From NCBI RefSeq assembly GCF_004010195.1, contig NC_057718.1, forward strand, positions 22,161,714 to 22,202,388: 40,675 nt of DNA, read 5' to 3'. Origin of the DNA: Chiloscyllium plagiosum. Lineage: Eukaryota. A program made the position numbers and the translations under genes. The notes below the pieces were generated by a model that worked only from the letters and a program-made list of their open reading frames with translations, had not been told where the DNA came from and searched no databases. This document shows positions 10,304 through 21,499 of this stretch, piece by piece; within the stretch, counting starts at the first letter, position 1; each line of letters begins with the position of its first letter.

Positions 10304-11497
10304 TGGGTGGCTATAGCAGAATAGTGGACTGAACAAAAAGATTCTGAGGTGGCTACCTTAGCAGCCATTTGATAGCCTCGGAGGAGAGGGGGATGACAGT
10401 TGCAGGGGACTTGTGTTATGGGTGAAAGTCATGCATGTGTTCGAGCTGGAGAAGCCCTGCTGCAAAAATGGTGAGCCACGTCATTTTGGTGGGCTGTCAC
10501 TGGAAGGCCGCAAGTCCATCTAGAAAACATAAGTGAACCAGTCCTGATGCCTACAGTCCTGAGCAGTGTATTGAAGACAGGTGTGAGGTCCTTCAATGAG
10601 AAAATGGAAGCCCCAGTCCATGATGTCGGCGTTCCCTTCGGTGTGCGTACAAAAGTGGTCTGACCCAATTTAGTCAGATGTTTTTCAGATGTCCTTGGCC
10701 TGCATGGCATTGGCACCTGAAATTAAACCTTGTTAGAACTGTGTTTCATTCACTAAACAGGGTCCAGTTTCTACCACACTGTGCCACTGAAGATGCTGAA
10801 AATGTAAGTTCTTAAGGATTTGCTGTACAGTTGAATGGTCTTATTGTTTTCTGTGTTATAGCTACAGGTTAAATCTAATAGGACTAATAATTTAATAGTT
10901 GCAATTCATAAAATTTCACATGTCCTTAGTCATGAAGAATTTCTGCAAGATGCAGTCCTTAGTTGTGGTGAATTGTGGTCTTAGGCTGGTAATTGATAAC
11001 CTACTAAAGACAACTTGCCTTGTTCTGTTCTTATTAAGGAGTAATGTTCAGGTTCTGCGCAAGCAGGATGACCACAAACACATAACATTCTACAGCAACC
11101 AAGTGCTTTCTGCGTAAAATGTAAGCTTTAATATATTTTTATAAGTTCAAAGGCCCACTGGCAGTTTGGATTATCAATTTATTTCAGAGAAAGTGTGAAG
11201 AGTAGAGGCAAAATAAAATTGGTTTGGATGGCAATATCTGATTGGCATTGCTTTCATTCTTGGTCCAAGTTGGCTGATAAAAAGGAGCCATAAAAATTTT
11301 GTGGTCTTGGATTTCAGCTTGTTTTAATGCTGTGCGAGGATACCACAAAACATGATGTGTGATTTCCCTCAATTTCACAGTTACGCTTTCAAACAATATA
11401 TATGCCCTGCTAAAGATACAAGTTATACAATGCATATAGATATTTTATAGCACTGTAGAACAGGAATTTGTGACCTGATTTTTTATGTGGAGAATTA

Positions 11498-11789
11498 TGG
11501 TGTCACAGTGGTTAGCACTGCTGCCTCACAGCGCCAGAGACCCATGTTCAATTCCCGCCTCAGGCGACTGACTGTGTGGAGTTTGCACATTCTCCCTGTG
11601 TCTGTGTGGGTTTGCTCTGGTTTCCTCCCACAGTCCAAAAATGTGCAGGTCAGGTGAATTGGCGATGCTAAATTGCCTGTAGTGTTCGATGTAGGGGAAT
11701 GGGTCTGGGTGGGTTGCGCTTCAGCGGGTCAGTGTGGACTTGTTGGGCCGAAGGGCCTGTTTCCACATTGTAAGTAATCTAATCTAATC
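11498..11789 (+). mobile_element. HE1-type V-SINE
   Basis: tRNA-like head (cagtggttagcactgctgcctcac..gttcaattccc), V-domain gtggagtttgcacattctccc, tail gggccgaagggcctgtttcc..(aatct)n. Confidence 0.95.
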
Positions 11790-11959
11790 ACAGTCATGAT
11801 GCTCTGGAAATATATTTCTTGCAGAGGAAAGCCACTTCCATACAATGATGCGGAAGAAAATTCGGATTATTGGTCATCTCCAGTAGCTCTTTGTGGCTGT
11901 GTAGTAGCAATAAAGAGATACTGAGAGCAGGGCTGCAGTCAGTTTTCATCAAAGTATTT

Positions 11960-12420
11960 TTGGCCTGAATTTCAAGAATCTGGCAGCATGATTGAAGGCA
12001 AGGTGCTCATAAGATGCAGTTGGCAGGATGGAGGTGGCTTTCATAAATGGAGTACATGATCTGCTGTTCCTGCTGTCTTTTATTCTATGCAGATTGGAGG
12101 AGGTATCTTATAGATAGTTAGCTGAGCTGCCTACCCTGGGCCTACAGAGGTCCTTAAATGGCCATTTAATGAGCACTTAAGTGCTTTATACCATCCTGTC
12201 ACTGTTTTACCTGAGATAGGGAGAGGTCCACACCTAAGCAGCTTTTAGCAGGGGAGCTGGATTTGAGCATGTTGGGGTGGGAGGTGGGAGGAGGGAGGAG
12301 AGAGGTTGTGGGAAGGGATCTATTTTGACAGTGCCTTGTTTCCAGTGCAGGCCCTCATTCCTCCACCCCTCCTCCCTTTAACCTTCCTTCACTGGCTTTT
12401 CGAAGTCTCACATTTTCAAC
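11960..12420. repeat. Ancient palindromic non-autonomous DNA-transposon-like remnant
   Basis: Central adjacent perfect palindromes 12154-12169 and 12172-12185; begins ggcctgaattt. Boundaries uncertain. Confidence 0.4.
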
Positions 12421-13359
12421 CCTCCCTCCCCATTAAGAATTGCCTAGCATCCTGCTGGGGTTGAACTTCTTCCCCAAGTGAGGGTGGAAGCTGAGCCAAT
12501 TAAAACACTGCTGAACCTAAAATAGCTGCAGGATAGCCATTTTTTTGTTGGGTGACCTCTTGACTGATTTTTTCAGTTGAGGCAGAGGTAAATATGGCAA
12601 CTGGTTGTTTGAGCTCTGTGAAAGGAAGCAAAATGCAAGATACCAAAATAGTTGTCAGAACTGTGAGTGTGTGCATTCTATGCAGGGAGTGTTGCATGGG
12701 GAGTGAAATGCTCTCTTGCTTTTGTATTTTTAACGTGTTAATGCTTTGAGGTAAAGTAAGGTGAGATGGAGGTTTGTGTACAGCACAAACATCAGAGCAG
12801 ATCATTTGGACTTAATTGCCTGTTTTCATCCTGTAAAATTCTCTGTAATACTCTCTTTTTAATTATAACGTATGTCTGAATCTGACTTGGAAATTTTATA
12901 AAATCACAATGATTTCAATTTAAAAGAAATCTTTTGAAAGATTAGCAGAATGATGAGAACTGGGAACTGCAAAGCCAGTCGGCTTGACAATTCTGCAATG
13001 GAGACTTGCACTGCTGTGTACAACAATTCAGGAACTGATCCTGATTGGCTTCTCATCACTGAGCCCATACTATCAGCCCAGAAGTGCCTAAAAGAATGGC
13101 ACTTTAATATTAGCTCCTTTAAAATCTTAAATAAGTAGGTTGTTCAGTAGAGTCTTTTACCAATTGCAAAGTAGGAGTTAATAGTTTAGGCCCATAGTCC
13201 CACTTGACATTTTCCTTAAGTGTGCAACAGTTAGAGTACTCAGCCATATTGTGAATAACATATAGTTTGACATGTGTACTGTCCTAAAATACAGAAATCC
13301 AAGGTGCAATTTTGATGTGTGCCAAAATCTCTTGTGAAAACTATAAGATCTAAAGGCTG

Positions 13360-13848
13360 ACATGTCCTTGGACCTGTTTACCTGCCTCCTATGGTCTTGA
13401 GGGAAGTGACTGCAGAGGTAATGGATACATTAGTTATTACCTTTAAAGCCTCCCTAGATCCTGGAAAGATCTCAATGGCTTGGAAATATCACGTGTGCAA
13501 TACTGCTATTTAAGAAAGAAAATAGACAGAAAGTAAAAAAGTGTAGACCAGTCTAACTTATATCATTGAAAAAATCTAGAATCAATTATTAAAGAGGTAT
13601 ATTAAGCCATTGAGAAAAGCATTTAGAGATAACATATTTCTGTGAAAAGGAAATCACATTTATCAGGTTTATTCAGAATTCTTTGAGGATACAATGAGCA
13701 GCATTGGTAAAGAAGGTTCAGTGGATGTTGTGAACTAGTGTTTCCAAAGGCAATTGTTAAGGTGCCACCAAAGTCATGCATGAAATAGGAGTTTATAGCA
13801 TTGGGGTAAAATGTTTGTATGACTCACAAACAGAAAATAAGGTTGGGA
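13360..13848 (+). mobile_element. Old CR1 LINE ORF2 (RT N-terminal region)
   Basis: PMVLREVTAEVMDTLVITFKASLDPGKI..WK...LFKK..RPV..LESIIK and downstream EFFED..VDVV..FQR-like motifs. Confidence 0.82.
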
Positions 13849-14009
13849 CAAGAACATCGAAGTCTAGTGTCCATTCAACATAATGTATGGACAATTCCAA
13901 TTCAGATATATTTCTTATATTTTGGGTAGCTCTTACCATTTGTAATGGTGATATATGGGATATACCGAAGAAACACCTGAAGTGACAGATTACACATTAC
14001 CACAAATTA

Positions 14010-14230
14010 ACTGGTTAGCTCATTTGCCTGGATGGCTGGTTTACAATATAGAGTGACACCAACAGCATGGGTTCATTTCTCGTACAGCTGAGTTTACTAT
14101 GAAGGACTCGCCTTAACATTTCTCCTTGGTTGAGCTGCAGTGATCCTGAGATTAAACCACCACCCGTTGCCTGTCAGGTTTGAGAGAGCAGCCCTATGAT
14201 CCACTAGGACTATGGTGACATTAACTTTAC
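14010..14230 (+). mobile_element. Degenerate tRNA-derived SINE (third family)
   Basis: tagctca..tgg A-box-like, gggttca.ttc B-box-like, body gattaaaccacc..gagagagcagccctatg..ggactatggtgac. Confidence 0.65.
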
Positions 14231-14421
14231 CACAACCGAGCAATTACTTTTTATTGAGCATCCATAGGATAATGGAAAATTATGCAATAGCTTCCAGCAT
14301 GTCAGCTAAGGATGCTGTAAGTGCAGTGTTCATCATATCTAAACGCAAAGCAGATCAGATGTGGTACTGATTTATGGTTAGAATTCTTTTTCAATTGAGA
14401 AAAGATTTCCATCTTAATATT

Positions 14422-15352
14422 GTGGTGTGCCGCAAGGGTTAGTGCTGAGTCCACTGCTTTTAGGAGGAGTGATTAGTAACTTTGCAGCCGACATGAAAAT
14501 TGGATAGTGAAGAAGGTTATCTCAACGTGCAACTTGATCAGAAGGACCGATGGGCTGAGGAGTGGTAGATGGAGTTTTAATTTAGATTAATATGGGGTGT
14601 TACATTTGCTAAGGCAAATCAGGACAGGCCGTCTACACTTACTGGTACGGTCTGGGGAAGTGTTGCCAAATAAATAAACCTTGGAGTGCAGGTTCATAGT
14701 TCCTTGAAGATAAAGTCATAGGTAGACAGGGTAGTGCGGAAGGTGCTTCATACTTGCCTTTATTGGTCAGTGCATTGAGTATGGGAGTTGGGATGTCATA
14801 TTGCAGCTGTACAGGACATTGGTTAGGCCACTGTTGGAACACTGCATTCAATTATAGTCTCCTTGCTATAGTAAAGATATTGTGAAACTTGAGTGGGTGC
14901 AAAAAGGATTTACAAGGATGTTGCTGGGGTTGGGGGTGTTGAGCTGTAGGGAGAAACTGAATAGGCTGGAGCTATTTTCCCTGCAGGGTCAAAGGCTTAG
15001 GGCTGACCTTACAGAGGTTTATAAAATCATGAGGGGCATGGATAGACTGAATAGCCAAAGTCTTTTTGCCAGTGTAGGAGAATCCAAAACCAGAGGGCAT
15101 AAGGTTAAAACGGACCTCAGGGGCAAACTTTTCATGCAGAATGTGGTGCATGTATGGAATGAGCTGACAGAGGAAGTGGTGGAGGCTGGTGCAGTTACAG
15201 CATTTAAAAGGTATCTGGATGGGTTAACAATTGGAAGGTTTAGAGGATATGGGCTAAGTGCTGACAAATGAGACTAGATTAATTTAGGATATCTGGTCAG
15301 CATGAATGAGTTGGACTGATGGGTCTGTTTCTGTGTTGTACAACTCTATGAT
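14422..15352 (+). mobile_element. CR1/HER1-type LINE, 5'-truncated
   Basis: GVPQGLVLSPLL, YRTLVRPLLE, ORF 14882-15271 (KLEWVQKGFTRML..RLRADLTEVYKIMRGMD..WNEL.EEVVEAG) and 3' UTR ending ctctatga. Confidence 0.93.
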
Positions 15353-15683
15353 GCTATATACGTTCTTGGATTACTTCCAGCATATGATGTTGTGTTCTAT
15401 GACAATGTATTAGCGGGTTATTGAAGTGCAGTTTGTAGATTTTATTGAGCATTCTTTATCCAGTTTTCAAATGAGGAAGAGGCAGGTCTAGTTTTTATGT
15501 GAGGTATAGATAGATGTATCAAACCATTAGTTTGTTGCCCTTTTGTTGTGCCAATCTTATGAGATAAACTGCAGAGTTTAAATGATTCCTTTGTGAATAC
15601 TTTTATCTTTACATTCATGTTATAACATGGCAACTTTTGAAAATAACCTGTTAAAAATTGAATACCTGTATAGTCCTGTAAAA

Positions 15684-15997
15684 GGGGTGGCATGGTGGCT
15701 CAGTGGTTAGCACTGCTGCCTCACAGCACCAGGGACCTGGGTTCAATTCCAGCAAGGGTAACTGGCTGTGTCGAGTTTGTGCATTCTCCCCATGTCTGCG
15801 TGGGTTTCCTCTGGGTGCTTCGGTTTCCTCCCACAATCCAGATGTGCAGGTCAGGTGAATTGCCCATGCTAAATTGTTCATAGTGCTAGGTGCATTAGTC
15901 AGAGGGCAATGGGTCTGGGTGGGTTACTCTTCGGAGGGTTGGTGTGAACTTGTTTGGCAGAAGGGTCTGTTTCCAAAGTGTAGGGAATCTAATCTAA
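15684..15997 (+). mobile_element. HE1-type V-SINE (near full length)
   Basis: A box tggctcagtgg, B box ggttcaattcc, V-domain, aatctaatcta tail. Confidence 0.95.
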
Positions 15998-16137
15998 AAG
16001 TTGAGCTTTTTTAGACAATTTTTTAAAGCTGAAATAAGCTGACTGTTGCATAGGTATTGTTTTTGAGGGGATGAAATTCATGTTTGGTTTATGAGAAAAA
16101 TGGACCAACAAGAGCCAGGTCTCTATTTAAAATAGAG

Positions 16138-16450
16138 ACGGTGGCACAGTGGTTAGCACTGCTGCCTCACAGCGCCAGAGACCCGGGTTCAATTCCCGAC
16201 TCAGGCGACTGACTGTGTGGAATTTGCACATTCTCCCCGCGTCTGCGTGGGCTTCCTCCAGGTGCTCTGGTTTCCTCCCACAGTCCAAAGATGTGCAGGT
16301 TAGGTGAATTGGCCATGCTAAATTGCCCGTAGTGTTAGGTAAAGGGGTAAATGTAGGGGAATGGGTAGGTTGTGACTCGGTGTGGACTTGTTGGGCCGAA
16401 GGGCCTGTTTCCACACTGTAAGTAATCTAATCTAATCTAATCTAATCTAA
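16138..16450 (+). mobile_element. HE1-type V-SINE (young, CpG-rich)
   Basis: ggtggcacagtggttagc..gggttcaattccc, V-domain, (aatct)5 tail. Confidence 0.96.
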
Positions 16451-16589
16451 TAATAAACAACAAAAGGAAAAAGAATTGTGGCTATTATTGAATATATATT
16501 TTCCAAATAATTGTCTCCACTCTGCCTGCTATGATATAACGGTACTGTCATACCATATTCCACTTACCAGTTCCGTAAAGTGCATGTAG

Positions 16590-17028
16590 TTCTACACATA
16601 TGTACAAAAGTTAATAGGCATACCAGCAGCTGGTCAGGATGCCATATAAATTAGTGCTGTAATTTACCGGTAGCTTACCGGTGTTCAGAAGCATCATGAT
16701 CAAAAGCCTATCATTGAGGGGGCACATTTACCATATCTTGCTTCATCATATAAACACTTTTACTGTATGTACAGCTTAGTTCTGTAGGTTATCGGTAAAT
16801 ACCAGCACTTCAAGTTTTCTTATACCGGTAATGAAATTTTGAGGTAACCATACAGTATGTGTTGGTAGTATCCAAGTACTGTGACCTTTAAGGCTGCAAA
16901 TATGGTTAGGAAGAGAACCCTGAAAAACTAAGGTCAACTTTTACACGAGGTATATATAAAATGTTTTGGGCCACAAGTAGGGGACTAACTTTTACATGAG
17001 ATTGACTTTTACATGAGTATATATGGTA
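16590..17028. mobile_element. Tc1/mariner (Tc2/pogo-like) non-autonomous DNA transposon remnant
   Basis: Right end gacttttacatgagtatatatgg-TA. Three subterminal copies of acttttaca(c/t)gag at 16937, 16988 and 17005. Left end not clearly resolved. Confidence 0.5.
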
Positions 17029-17039
17029 TTCAGCATTCC

Positions 17040-18270
17040 AAAGAATTGCATATTCTCAGATGAGTGTTTAAAACCAAAACTGCAACTATGTCTCAACAGA
17101 CACATCTTAAAACAGGGCAAACTATGCAGTGTTCGCCCTCCACTGGATAAATAGCAATAAGGTTTGTATGAGCTCTGGGTGTGTTGAACTAAGAACTTGT
17201 CAATGAAATTGTTTTGCCTTTTTCCAATTTACCTCATGATCGGCATTATGTATGGCTCTGCTGTGAATCTGACCACTTATCACCACCTACTTTCTTCTTG
17301 TTTTTATAATCTTTTTATATCCTTGTTCAATTTCTATCTACTTATGTCCATTTATTGATAACTTCTTCAGCACACCCTATTTGCATGGTATTTCAATAAC
17401 AGTGGTCTACCCAGTGACTCACTTCTTTCTACCACTCATATCCATAGTAAAACTAAAATTCTGTTCCTCCCCAATCATTGTTCTGTTCTAATCCTAACAT
17501 TCATCACCAGATCCAGTTGTTCCACATCAAATACTCAGACCTCGTTCTCTACTGCTAAAGCTGCAAATACTCTACAACAGTCCTGGTAAGCAAAGAGTAC
17601 CCTCTGGCTTTTGTTTCCAAATACCAACTGTTCCATTGAACTCTTCGCAATTGCCCCTCTGCATGCACTTGCAACAAGTGTGCGGAATTCGTTGACATCT
17701 TTGTCATTAAAGTTGAAGCCATCCATTTAACTACTGCTGCTGATTCCTCATCTTCCACTTTCTCTTACTGGGTTGAAGTAGCTGCCATTGATTAAACTTG
17801 GCATGGGAGTTATGGAAGCTATGAAGGAAAGTGCGACATTAAACAGATGAGAACACATTATTGGCAGGTTATTTTCTGATGTACCTTCTAATGGTGTTTC
17901 CACAATTTTGAACTGCCTTGAAAGCGGCTAGGACCACCTCCACATGCTGACCTTTTTGGAATACAACAAACGAGCTGGATAACTCTTGCAAAAATGTTGG
18001 GAGAACTCTTACCCTTGACCTATCAAAATAGTAAAATATGCCACTTTGGATCCTAGCACTCTTCTCCATCATTCCAATGTTAAATACATTTAACTTTAAG
18101 TCATACTGCTGTGCTGTTTTTCACGTAATTCTTAGATCCATAAGAATATATTCATGGTTTTCTATTGCGCTGGTGAGGTTTAAATACACTTGCTTGATTC
18201 CCAGATGAGATCTATCTGTTCCCTCCACATTGCTGATAAATCTGCGATATTTTCAGCTTTTATTTCATTA
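17040..18270 (-). pseudogene. Decayed coding relic, candidate envelope/fusion-glycoprotein-like gene of a retroelement or virus
   Basis: About 125 codons with a single stop (18250-17870), followed by further frameshifted open segments. N-glycosylation sequons NLT, NGS, NKS, NRT and NFS, scattered Cys, late hydrophobic stretch. No CR1, PLE or SINE motifs. Confidence 0.35.
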
Positions 18271-18290
18271 TTCAATATTTAAAACTTTAT

Positions 18291-19562
18291 AAGAAAGAGA
18301 AAGAAAGAAAGGAAATTTACAGCCCAGGAACAGGCCCTTCGGCCCTCCAAGCCTTTGCTGATCTAAATCCACAGTTTAAATCTATCGCCCAATTCCTAAG
18401 GATCTATATTCCTCTGTCCAGATGCCCGTTAAATGAATCTACTGTGCCTGCTTCTACTACCTCTGTTGGCAATGCGTTCCAGGGCACCTACCACCCTCTG
18501 TGAAATGTGCTTCCTGCATGTAACCCCCTTAAATTTGTCTCCTCTCAATGCGTGACCTCTCATTATTGAATCCCTCACCTTGGGAAAAAGCTTATCTCTA
18601 TCAACCCAGTCTATACCCTTCATGATTTTGTAGACCTCAATCAGGTTCCCCCCTCAATCTCCTTTTATCTAATGAGAACAATCCTAACCTGCTCAATCTG
18701 TCTTCATAGCTCGCACCTTCCACCCCAGGCAACATCTTTGTAAATTTTCTCCACACCCTCTCTAAAGCATCCACATCCTTTTGGTCATGTGGCGACCAGA
18801 ACTGTACACAGTATCCTAAATGTGGCCAAATCAGTCTTGTACAATTTTAGCATGACTTGCCAGCTCTTATACTCAATACCCTGTCCGATGAAGGCAAGCA
18901 TACCATATGCCTTCTTGACCACTCTGTCCACCTGTGCAGCCACCTTCAGGATACAATGGACCTGAACTCCCAGAACTCTCTGCTCATCAACTTTTCCCAA
19001 GGCTCTTCTGTTTACAGTATATTTCGCTCTAGAGTAGACTTTCCAAAATGCATCACCTCACATTTGCCCAGATTGAACTCCATCTGCTACTTCTCCGCCC
19101 AACTCCCCAATCTATCTATATTCTCCTGTATTCTTTGACAGTCTCCTATGCTTCCTGCTATTCCATCAATCTTCGTGTTATCTGCAAACTTACTGATCAG
19201 ACCAACAATGTCCTCTTCCAGATCATTTATGTATATCACAACAACAGTGGCCCCAGCACTGATCCCTGTGGGACACTGGTCACGTTTCTCCATTTTGAGA
19301 AACTTCCTTCAGCTACTACTCTCTGTCTCCTGTTGCTCAACCAGTTCTTTATCCACCTAGCTAGAACACCCTGCACATCATGTGGCTTCACCTTCTCCAT
19401 TAGTTTACCATGGGGAACCTTATCAAATGCCTTACTAAAGTCCATGTATATGACATCTATAGCCCTTTCTTCAACTATCAACTTGGTCACTTCCTCAAAG
19501 AACTCTATTAAGTTGGTAAGGCACAACCTCCCCGCATAAAACCATGTTGCCTATCACTGATG
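18291..19562 (-). mobile_element. CR1 LINE, 5'-truncated (RT to 3' UTR), distinct subfamily with (TTTC)n tail
   Basis: ORFs CLTNLIEFFEEVTK..DVIYMDFSKAFDKVPHG..VPQGSVLGPLL; IYINDLEE..ISKFADNTKI; KKAYGMLAFIGQGIEYKS. Confidence 0.96.
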
Positions 19563-19679
19563 ATAACTGTACTTTCTAAGTTATGAAATAGGGATTCTGA
19601 TCACATGATTACATGATATTATTACATGATATAGAATGGTATTTACAGCATGGAAACAGGCCATTTGGGCCAAAAAGGA

Positions 19680-20406
19680 TGTTACAACACCGGGTAAACC
19701 TCTCTGCTAATTTAAAACCAGCAACACAGAAAAGATTTATCCCATGCAGTATTCTGAAAGTTCGAGAGGTCAAGAACTAATTAGAATAAAAATTAACAAC
19801 TATATTATAACAGTATGACAAGGAATAATTAACTAACAACTATTTACAACTCCCTCCTCTAACCTATCTTTTATCTGCTTCTACAATACTAGTCTGATAA
19901 AACCCCTGCATAATGTTTACCAAATAAAACTTTGTATCTCAAAACCAGGCAGCTTTTGGTTCTTCTCTGTATTCCTGTCTTCTTCTTGGGGATTCTGCTT
20001 CACTGGTTACTGATCGATAAAGGTACGTTTAAGAGAGTTCTAGGTAGTTAGCAGATGCTGTTGGCTTGGTAATTCTCCTCCCCAGTCTTATACCCCCAAA
20101 ACATTGGACTATCATTAGCTTTTAAGATTGTCAATATGCTAAATACAAACTTGATTGGAGTTTGGTATTTTTCGGGGTATAATTTAAACTGATTGGCCTA
20201 ACTCAAATCTGTTTTTGTCTCCAGCTACCCCAGTAGCTGGAGCACATGTTACATTGTATCTTATTGAGAACACTTGGTGCTGTCACACACAGTCAGTCGC
20301 CTGAGGCGGGAATTGAACCCGGGTCTCTGACGCTGTGAGGCAGCAGTGCTAACCACTGTGCCACCGTGCCGCCCACGCGGTAAAGTACACCAACATCTTC
20401 GTAACA
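19680..20406 (-). mobile_element. Solo LTR (Gypsy/ERV-like)
   Basis: TGTTAC...GTAACA inverted termini. Minus-strand CCAAT boxes (~20195, ~20157, ~20105) upstream of a TATA-like gtataag (~20090). TSD imperfect (aaag on the right, aaag-ga on the left). Confidence 0.72.
20286..20374 (-). mobile_element. HE1 SINE 5' tRNA-like head only, inside the LTR
   Basis: Revcomp gggcggcacggtggcacagtggttagc..cccgggttcaattcccgcctcaggcgactgactgtgtg. Confidence 0.93.
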
Positions 20407-20699
20407 AAAGTCAACGCAGGTTTATGGTCTGCATAGACCTCCTATTGTCCTTCTTTATCTGAGACCATCACCCCATACTTTTTTTCTATATCTAATTTCC
20501 CCTTTATTTAATCTTTGTTGGTTACCTGAAAAAATGTTTGTGGTATGCTGCCCTCACCCTAAGTAAAGAAGCTTCACCTAAATTCTCTACCTATTTAATT
20601 TTATCAATCTGACATCCCTAGGACCCCAGTCTTGGTCTCCCCATATGAAGAAATATCTTCTTAACTTTTACCCTATCAAACCCCTTCATTACAGTAAGA

Positions 20700-21188
20700 C
20701 AGAGCTTCCCAAACTGGGGTAGTGGGGGGTGTCAAAACCCCAGTAGGCTTGTGACCTGTGACTTTGGGGTTGTGAACTGTGAGGCAACAATGACTGCTGA
20801 GGAACAATGGGTGAGTTATATAACGTAGAACAGTGCCGCATGAGAACAGGCCTTTTGGCCCCAACACATCTGTGCCAACCATGATTCTACAGCACCAGGT
20901 TATTGTCCAACAGGTTTATTTGGAAGCACTAGCTTTCAAATTAACCTGTTGGACTATAACCTAGTGTTGTGTGATTTTTAACTTTGTCCACTCCAGTCCA
21001 ACACCAGCTCTTCCAAATCATGACGACCATGATTCCAGCGTTGGTCCAGTTCTATATAAGCCACTGCTCTCATTGGCCCTATTCTGTTGTTGTACATCCT
21101 GCACTGCCTTTACATTTCTTCAAGAGAGACCGTGACAATTTTCAAGCCTCAAACTGAGTCACAGTGGGAAAGGTTTTGCGAAACACCT
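20700..21188. mobile_element. Possible hAT-type MITE with nested inserts
   Basis: Left cagagcttcccaaactgggg, degenerate right aggttttgcgaaacacct. No 8-bp TSD seen. Confidence 0.35.
20888..21025. mobile_element. Penelope family-2 fold-back fragment
   Basis: Inverted ggttat.gtccaacagg / cctgttggactataacc. 10-bp TSD accatgattc (20878-20887, 21026-21035). Inserted in a CR1-type tail starting ~20826. Confidence 0.85.
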
Positions 21189-21499
21189 CCTTGAGGATCT
21201 CCAGCAGGTCATCATTTGTCTTTTCTATTCTTACAATTGCTTATGTGGGCTGCAATTAATTGAAAATGTTGATAATTCATTCCCCTTCTTCAAAGAGAGA
21301 TTTTCCTTTAATTTCAAATATGTCCAGTTGATACCATGTCAGAGGCCTGATGTTTAGTTATATTGAGGGGTTCCCCAACTGAGCCAAAATGATGCTAGAG
21401 GTCCAGTTCCAGAATTCCTACCCTATATGCTGTGAATGGGGGAGGTTTGTAATCTTCATATTCACGGCACACATTGAACGCCTGAAACTGTCTAAGCTG

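Larger units (their letters stand above)
19630..20680 (-). mobile_element. Old CR1 3' end (19630-19679 plus ~20407-20680) hosting a solo LTR
   Basis: Tail acagcatggaaacaggccatttggg resumes after the LTR with degenerate minus-strand CR1 3' sequence. Confidence 0.55.

Noticed and set aside
10429..10716. 95-aa minus-strand ORF in non-annotated DNA
   Set aside because: No recognisable motif or convincing splice sites; the length is within chance expectation.
12950..13062. Possible C/D-box snoRNA (ATGATGA ... CTGA, with tgatgagaa/ttctcatca inverted repeat)
   Set aside because: No terminal stem flanking the boxes, no recognisable rRNA/snRNA guide, and the inverted repeat would sequester box C.
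11498..16450. tRNA-like A/B-box sequences
   Set aside because: They are SINE heads followed by a V-domain and LINE-derived tails, not tRNA genes.
16420..16450. Short periodic repeats (also 29728-29785) considered as a CRISPR-like array
   Set aside because: SINE tail or minisatellite units without unique spacers, in a eukaryotic context with no cas genes.
17555..17758. QVHAEGQL and ARGYSLLTRTVVEYLQ resemble filovirus nucleoprotein motifs
   Set aside because: Motif spacing does not fit and the conserved downstream NP core is absent; treated as chance, though a profile search of this frame is cheap.
19048..19539. 163-aa plus-strand ORF
   Set aside because: Antisense frame of the CR1 RT region.
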